Source of the DNA: Candidatus Bathyarchaeia archaeon
GTDB lineage: Archaea > Thermoproteota > Bathyarchaeia > Bathyarchaeales > Bathycorpusculaceae
Assembly (NCBI GenBank): GCA_050010755.1
Contig: JBEKKK010000002.1
Coordinates: 64,001 to 128,000, forward strand
Direction: 5' to 3'
Length of the DNA: 64,000 bases
Below are positions 58,168-64,000 of this stretch, piece by piece. The notes beneath the pieces are model-generated. The model worked only from the letters and a program-made list of their open reading frames with translations, did not search any database and had not been told where the DNA came from. The translations under genes were made by a program, and so were the position numbers. Each line of letters opens with the position of its first letter. The stretch's first letter is position 1.

Positions 58168-58280
58168 CCGACACTCTCGCGATGTTGCAGCATGACTTTT
58201 GGTACAGAGAAAAGATCATGCGGAGCAAAGCAAACCAAAGACAAAGGATTGTCTGGCCGAACCGCGCGGTATGTGAAATA

Positions 58281-59654
58281 CTAGGGCGGGTTTTGCTTGC
58301 TCTTGCCCTTTCCGACGCCCCTGTACGTGAGCCCGGCTCTGACCGCGGCTTCTTCGGTGAAGGCGTTTCTTCCATCTACCAGAATCGGTGTTGCCAGTTT
58401 CCTCTTCAGCTTTCCGAGATCCAATTGCAGGTATTCTTTATGTTTGGTTGCCAGAATCACCGCGTCCGCGCCCGTCACCGCCTTGTCGAGATCATTTGTG
58501 AACGGGAGGTCAAAGTTTCGTACTATCGGGTCGTGAAGCACAGGTTTTGCGCCTCTCTTCTCCAGTTCAGCGTAAAGAGTGGCTGAGGGCGTCTCCCGTG
58601 TGTCATCAGAGTTTTCGATGAAAGCCAAGCCCAGTATCGCCACTTTTGCGCCTTTTATCTTCTTAGAGTGCTCTGCCAGCGCGTCCTGAACCAAGTCGAT
58701 TGTGTGTTTAGGCATCGAGTCGTTGCGTTCGCGGCTGGAAAGGATCACTTTTGGGACAAACTTGTATTCGCCGTACTCGTCTAGACCGTACTTCAACAGC
58801 CATGGATCCTTCGGTAGACAGTGTCCTCCAACACCGGCTCCTGGATAATGCATGTTCCTAACAGGGTTTGACGATGGGTTCTTAGGATCATTGGGCAAAG
58901 TGTTAACCAGCTCCCGCACCTTGTAAGCATCAACTCCGAGACTTTCGCATATGAGTCCCACCTCGTTTGCAAAAGCGACGTTCACGTCTCTGTACGTGTT
59001 TTCCACAACCTTGGCCACTTCGGCAGTGAGTGCATCGGTCGGGATGAGCTTTGCCTTCACAATATGACCGTATAATTCCAGGGCACGTTCAGTGCTCTCT
59101 TTATCAATTCCTCCCACTATCCTTGGAAGGTCCACTAGATTTTTGATCAAGCGTCCGACCATCACCCTTTCGTAACAAAAAGCCAGAGAGAAATCCTTCC
59201 CCGCCTTCATGCCTGAAGACTTCTCCAGGAGAGGCTTCACGACGTTGCTGGTTGTGCCAGGAGCAACGGTCGACTCAATCGCGACGAGTGTCCCGCGGCG
59301 CATGTACTTCCCAACATTCGCACTGACTTCTTCCAAAGACTCGCAGTTGGGAACCTTATTCGCATCGACGGGAGTCTGGACATCTATCAGAATCGCCTCC
59401 GAATCCCTACAGACGGACACGTCTTCCACGACCCTGAAGCTGCCCTTCTTCACTACGCGCGCCAAGAGTTCAGACAGGCCAGGTTCGTCTCCGCCGTTGG
59501 GGTTCCTGCCCTCGTTCAGCCAGTCGATTTTCCAGCCCGAACGCTTAGATCTACGCTGCACACCCACAACGGTGAAGCCCTCAACGTCGGCGAAAAGCGC
59601 GGCCACTGGGATTCCGACATAGCCCATTCCTATGACAACGATTTTCCTGACCAT
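58281..59654 (-). CDS. nucleotide-sugar (UDP-N-acetylhexosamine) dehydrogenase
   Basis: GMGYVG, ESTVAPGTT, KVVENTYRDVNVAFANE, GVGGHCLPKDP; start moved to ATG 59654. Confidence 0.92.
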   Translation of the reverse strand: MVRKIVVIGMGYVGIPVAALFADVEGFTVVGVQRRSKRSGWKIDWLNEGRNPNGGDEPGLSELLARVVKKGSFRVVEDVSVCRDSEAILIDVQTPVDANKVPNCESLEEVSANVGKYMRRGTLVAIESTVAPGTTSNVVKPLLEKSSGMKAGKDFSLAFCYERVMVGRLIKNLVDLPRIVGGIDKESTERALELYGHIVKAKLIPTDALTAEVAKVVENTYRDVNVAFANEVGLICESLGVDAYKVRELVNTLPNDPKNPSSNPVRNMHYPGAGVGGHCLPKDPWLLKYGLDEYGEYKFVPKVILSSRERNDSMPKHTIDLVQDALAEHSKKIKGAKVAILGLAFIENSDDTRETPSATLYAELEKRGAKPVLHDPIVRNFDLPFTNDLDKAVTGADAVILATKHKEYLQLDLGKLKRKLATPILVDGRNAFTEEAAVRAGLTYRGVGKGKSKQNPP

Positions 59655-59724
59655 GAATAATGCCAAATGTAAGTTGGCTATATCTCGTTTTTGCTTCTTT
59701 TCACGGGATCTGACACGAACTCTT

Positions 59725-60222
59725 CTATGTTCCTTCTGCACCCGTCCGAAGTTTGACGCCAACGGTTTTTGCAAGTCTTTGCAGATCTTCATCGCTCATC
59801 CATTCGGTCTTAAGATACTCGCAGATTCTGTCGTCGTTCATTCCTAGTCTTCTTGCCTCCTCAACCGCGTGGCGGTAGGCTTCAATCTCCGTAGGTCTCT
59901 CAATGTAAGCGTAGTCACTGTCAAACAGCTCTTTTCCTTCCATAAACTGTCTAACGTGAACCAACTCGTGGATGATGTCGAGATAGATGTCAACGATGTT
60001 ACCCTCATTCAGATACCGCGCGCCCATTATAAGGTGGCCGTCCAACTCACTTACTCCCATATAACCCCTTATCCCCGCGAACTCGACCATAAGGTTGCTG
60101 AGCACTCTCTCGGTTTCTTCACCGAAAACCTCTCTGACCGCAGCAACCTTTTCAAAACCCTTGAAATACCGCGTGAAGGGATACATTGCAATCTTGACGT
60201 CGCGGGGTATCTTGACGTTCAA
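59725..60222 (-). CDS. hypothetical protein with HEXXH zinc-binding motif
   Basis: IIHELVHVRQ...RPTEIEAY. Confidence 0.75.
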   Translation of the reverse strand: MNVKIPRDVKIAMYPFTRYFKGFEKVAAVREVFGEETERVLSNLMVEFAGIRGYMGVSELDGHLIMGARYLNEGNIVDIYLDIIHELVHVRQFMEGKELFDSDYAYIERPTEIEAYRHAVEEARRLGMNDDRICEYLKTEWMSDEDLQRLAKTVGVKLRTGAEGT

Positions 60223-60347
60223 CTGTGATTCTATCTCTGTCAGTCCTCCTCTTGGAGCCTATTTTGGAAGAACCCGAATTAGTAAAGTTTATGCTCTTGA
60301 AATAGTCTTGACAATGGCGAAAAACCAAGTAGAGGGGTCCGGTTCAC

Positions 60348-61187
60348 TTGTTCCGCATCAAGACTATGTCTCCAGAGGATTTCGATTTTGCAGTTCAAAT
60401 CACAGAAAAAATGAACTGGGGCCTCACAAACGCAGACTTCGAGTTCATGCTCGAACTTGAGCCTGAGGGCTGTTTCGTCCTCCTCGAAGACTCGAAAAAG
60501 ATAGGTCTGGCCACGACCGTCAGCTTCGGAACCTTGGCCTGGTTTGGTAACTTAATCGTCACCGAGAGCCACCGAAAAAAGGGGGCAGGCTCACAACTTG
60601 TAAAACATTCGATCCAATATTTGACTCACAAGCGAGTAAAAACCATCGGCCTCTACGCCTATATGGATAGAATCCCTTTCTATGAGAGGCTCGGATTCAA
60701 ACGCGACTCAGAATTCACAGTTCTGAAAGGAAGAGGCTTATCCTTGCCAGTCAAATCCGATGCGAGGAAGGCAGAGAAACAAGACTTGAAAGAAATCATC
60801 GAATTCGACAAATCATGTTTCGGCGCGTCCAGAAGAAAATTGCTTGAACCTATAATTCTTGATGCAGACAACCTATGTTACACTTCTGTCGAAGGGAAGC
60901 GTATAATCGGTTACGCCGTGGCCAAAGTGTACAGACACATGGGTGAGATAGGACCGCTGGTATGCCGAAAAGGGCGTGAAGACGTAGCCATCAACCTTTT
61001 AAGGTCCGTTCTGAGCAGGTTGGAAGGGTATGAGGTTTCAATGTACGTTCCTAGCGGAGAGAGCACAATCCTCAATTTCCTCAAAACGTTAGGATTTACT
61101 GAAAGTTCTCGTGTGGTTAGAATGTTTTTCGGATTGTCCGTTGCCAAAGATTGCATTTGCATGGCCGAATCATTGGAGAGAGGTTGA
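60348..61187 (+). CDS. GNAT family acetyltransferase (two-domain)
   Basis: LIVTESHRKKGAG, FYERLGF, IGPLV. Confidence 0.88.
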   Translation: MFRIKTMSPEDFDFAVQITEKMNWGLTNADFEFMLELEPEGCFVLLEDSKKIGLATTVSFGTLAWFGNLIVTESHRKKGAGSQLVKHSIQYLTHKRVKTIGLYAYMDRIPFYERLGFKRDSEFTVLKGRGLSLPVKSDARKAEKQDLKEIIEFDKSCFGASRRKLLEPIILDADNLCYTSVEGKRIIGYAVAKVYRHMGEIGPLVCRKGREDVAINLLRSVLSRLEGYEVSMYVPSGESTILNFLKTLGFTESSRVVRMFFGLSVAKDCICMAESLERG

Positions 61188-61192
61188 ACCTA

Positions 61193-62563
61193 ATGTCAGA
61201 GTTGTCAAGAATAATCGTTGAAGATTTTCTAAAGAGTTCATGGTCATGCATCGAAGCTCTGGTTGGAGAGTTGGCTACTTACAAACCGGATCCGGGAAGA
61301 AAGATTCGTTTCTTCCACTTCAAAAATGGGCGAAAGAATGAAGCGACGTTTGACAGTGGCCACTTCTTCTTGAGGGCTTCAGTTGAATATTCAAATCCAC
61401 AGTTAACGGTAGAAGAAGTCCAAGGAATCATAGCTGCCCGTCTTCTCGAAGTCTGCGGAAACCACTTCTACTACTACGGTCTCCACGCTGTCGACGACAA
61501 GGACGTTAATGAGATATGTGAGATGCTCAGTGACCCTTCTCAAGGAGTAATAGTTCCGTTCCTGCTTAACACGGACGAGATTGAACCGGACAGGTATTCG
61601 ATGAACCCGCTGAAGGAGTCCATAGTGAATAGCGGACAGAGTGCGTTTCCGTGCGCCACGGTCAAGACGGAGTCTCTGGAAATTGACCAGAACTTCGCAC
61701 AAAAGTATCAGGGGTCATTAATTTGTAAGGAAGAAATCGAACTCATAAGCCGTCACCTCAAGACCTGTAACAACAGTTACGTAGACATGGTCGACGCGGT
61801 CAAGTATGAACAATTAGAAAAACTCTCCAAAGCCTTCGGAATAAACCTCAGTGTATATTCAATCCGTATGCCCTTGACCGTTCTCGGCGAAGAGAAACCA
61901 GACGGGTTGCTGCATCACATAATCAGACAAACCCACGCGGGTTACGAGTCAATCGAATGCGTCTACAAGTGCATGGGACGAAGCATGAAAAACCTAACAA
62001 CCCTTCTAACCGTCCCGCACTCAAACAAGGGCTATGCCTCCAAACGTGCTGTCAGGGGAAGAATATACTTCGACGGGGCCAAACTCAAAAGCGTGAAAGT
62101 CGACTACAAAACAGCCCTGCTCTACCCGAACGCGATTGACCAGGGTGACGTGAGCATAGCAAAAGCCGACGACACTTTCAACGTTGAAGGAGACAAACTC
62201 GCGAACTACGACTTCAAAGAGACTCCTTCCTCACCTCAATTCTTCTTATACTCCCTAGCTTCACCTGAGAACGCCGTCCTATGGCACGGAATCGGAGCCT
62301 TCGGGGCTTCCGAGCTGCTCAAAAGCTATGCGACCACCCGCGTAGCCTGCGCTAAAGAACTCATACTCAAAGGGCTGAGCGAGAAGTATGGCATTGCTAC
62401 AAAAATACCCCTACAATTCAATCTTGTCCCAAAATACATGTGGTTCCATCCTATACATAGAAACATAGATGCAAGCATCGGCTGCGTCCAAAACATGAAA
62501 GATCTGGCCGACTTAGGGATGAAAATGGAACGCCTCCAAACAGATCAATACATCCGCACCTAA
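61193..62563 (+). CDS. conserved-looking hypothetical protein
   Basis: Long ORF coupled to the GNAT gene, start ATG 61193; no family recognised. Confidence 0.75.
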   Translation: MSELSRIIVEDFLKSSWSCIEALVGELATYKPDPGRKIRFFHFKNGRKNEATFDSGHFFLRASVEYSNPQLTVEEVQGIIAARLLEVCGNHFYYYGLHAVDDKDVNEICEMLSDPSQGVIVPFLLNTDEIEPDRYSMNPLKESIVNSGQSAFPCATVKTESLEIDQNFAQKYQGSLICKEEIELISRHLKTCNNSYVDMVDAVKYEQLEKLSKAFGINLSVYSIRMPLTVLGEEKPDGLLHHIIRQTHAGYESIECVYKCMGRSMKNLTTLLTVPHSNKGYASKRAVRGRIYFDGAKLKSVKVDYKTALLYPNAIDQGDVSIAKADDTFNVEGDKLANYDFKETPSSPQFFLYSLASPENAVLWHGIGAFGASELLKSYATTRVACAKELILKGLSEKYGIATKIPLQFNLVPKYMWFHPIHRNIDASIGCVQNMKDLADLGMKMERLQTDQYIRT

Positions 62564-62673
62564 CAGCTAAAACTCTGACTTGCTAGAAGCAGGACAAGTC
62601 TTGTTCTGGTCGTAGCAAATGGACGCATAACGTTTTTAAGAAACAAGAGAAGAATTCTGACGGTTGACTTTTC

Positions 62674-63285
62674 ATGTTCTTCAAACAGATCAAGTATCGA
62701 GGCGACAACTTTTCATATATCATCGCAGACGCTGCGTCGAAAGAAGCGGCAGTTGTGGATCCCAGCTTCAACGTTGACGCAATAATTCTTGTTCTTAAAG
62801 ACCAAGATTTCAACTTGAAATACATCATTAACACTCACGGCCACCCTGACCACACTGCTGGGAACGAGGAACTCAAATCCGCCTTCGACTCGAAAATTGT
62901 TGCCCACAAACTCTCACACGTAAGGCATGATATCAGCGTAATTGATGGGGACAAGATCCGCCTGGGCGCCATTTCAATCGAAATCATTCACACGCCTGGT
63001 CACACTCCTGACGGCATTTGCCTACTAGTCGAGGGCAAGCTGTTGACTGGCGACACACTCTTTGTGGGCGAGTGTGGACGAACTGACCTGCCTGGCAGCA
63101 ATGTCAAGGACATGTACGTCAGCCTCCTGCAAAGAATAGCAAAACTTAATGACAACGTCGAAGTTTACCCGGGCCATGATTACGGGCCATCCCCAAACTC
63201 GACTATTGGGAGAGAAAAACAAACAAATTACACTCTGCAACCGCGAACGCTCCAAGAATTCATCCAATTTATGCAAACGCCATAA
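62674..63285 (+). CDS. MBL-fold hydrolase (glyoxalase II-like)
   Basis: THGHPDHTAGN, TPGHT, TGDTLF, GRTD, YPGHDY. Confidence 0.92.
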   Translation: MFFKQIKYRGDNFSYIIADAASKEAAVVDPSFNVDAIILVLKDQDFNLKYIINTHGHPDHTAGNEELKSAFDSKIVAHKLSHVRHDISVIDGDKIRLGAISIEIIHTPGHTPDGICLLVEGKLLTGDTLFVGECGRTDLPGSNVKDMYVSLLQRIAKLNDNVEVYPGHDYGPSPNSTIGREKQTNYTLQPRTLQEFIQFMQTP

Positions 63286-63443
63286 AATGAGAAGGCAGAG
63301 AACAGATCAGAATTGAGTCTGATATGGCTCAACGATGAGGGCTCAGAACGGTTGCTTGGATCTCAAACTTTCGAACTGCAACATTAAAGAACAGGGAGAC
63401 CATATGACGAAATAAGTGAAGCATAGGGAATAGCGGGTAAGAC

Positions 63444-64000
63444 ATGTTCGATAACTCCGTTTCTTTCGTTCTCGAAACCGAGGTTCCCAACAATTACATA
63501 GGAAACATGTTGGACTTTATATACCAAAAATACCTTGTGGCCCAGAAACAGCGTTTCACCAACATATCCAGATCCACCGAGAACGGTGAATCTACCCTGA
63601 ACTACGATGTGATTGACAAGCATGCGAAGCGCAGCCTGGCTGTAACTGTCAATGGCAGCAACCCTCTCAGAATCAAAATAACTCCCGTCAGCGAAGGCGT
63701 AACTGAACAAGCTATAGAAGAAGCCAGACAAGACGTCGCCATCGGAGTTGACTATTTTGAGGAGCAAATCCGGCAGAACACCCTTTACTTCGCATGGAGG
63801 GAAGGAGAGGAAATAGTTCCTGAAGTTGTTTCCTCAAAGGAGAAGAAGCCTATCAACCGGCTTTTCCTTGAGACCCAGATCCTTCTCTTTGTTGTCTTCA
63901 CAACCGTCGGCTTGTTCCTGTTCCTATTCCTCTACAGCTTGAGTTACGGCTGGATAGCTCCAATCGCGGTTCTGGCAATTCAGTTAGTCTTCGTTTTCTA
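63444..64000 (+). CDS. membrane protein, 5' part only (possibly HtpX/M48-like peptidase)
   Basis: Manual translation MFDNSVSFVLETEVP...LYFAWREGEEIVPE...then TM helices; open to the window end; catalytic motif not visible. Confidence 0.6.
   Translation, partial: MFDNSVSFVLETEVPNNYIGNMLDFIYQKYLVAQKQRFTNISRSTENGESTLNYDVIDKHAKRSLAVTVNGSNPLRIKITPVSEGVTEQAIEEARQDVAIGVDYFEEQIRQNTLYFAWREGEEIVPEVVSSKEKKPINRLFLETQILLFVVFTTVGLFLFLFLYSLSYGWIAPIAVLAIQLVFVF

Larger units (their letters stand above)
7854..58270. repeat. dispersed intergenic (Y)TAGCGCGC(GC) / GCGCGC motif family
   Basis: Copies at about 7854, 10175, 10263, 11701, 12822, 13070, 13135, 13968, 15075, 15858, 16282, 16330, 16856, 17628, 19858, 21114, 25150, 25469, 26329, 26976, 27802, 28758, 30923, 32773, 33638, 36955, 39672, 42160, 54836, 55037, 58261. 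Confidence 0.8.

Noticed and set aside
1-64000. CRISPR array or cas genes
   Set aside because: No regularly spaced 24-47 bp repeats with unique spacers and no Cas motifs seen

Overview
Archaeal chromosomal segment, most likely Bathyarchaeia-like (inferred from aIF-1A, GGAGGTG-type ribosome-binding sites, archaeal tRNA remnants and gene content). 1-11.7 kb is an AT-rich defence island: Hachiman hamAB, a HEXXH-peptidase/Mrr-nuclease fusion, a HEPN-like protein, an OLD nuclease and a stand-alone restriction endonuclease. Two different tRNA 3'-end remnants (att-like scars) lie in this island. About 11.8-47 kb is a mosaic of 1-5 gene accessory modules: GNATs, a TetR-flavodoxin unit, transporters, two-component genes, an aIF-1A/OB-fold/Zn-finger unit, mgtA, alkD, pdxST, a beta-propeller and an MMPL transporter, with one DDE IS element. 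47.8-64 kb is more core-like: split glutamate synthase plus glnA, a tandem SIS protein, an ABC-2 exporter and a nucleotide-sugar dehydrogenase. The strongest unexplained signal is a short CG-repeat motif, (Y)TAGCGCGC(GC), in most intergenic spacers from 7.8 to 58 kb. It often abuts stop codons and is the exact flank of all three IS ends, suggesting a possibly undescribed gene-cassette or insertion-hotspot system. All calls come from reading motifs by eye; no database searches were run.
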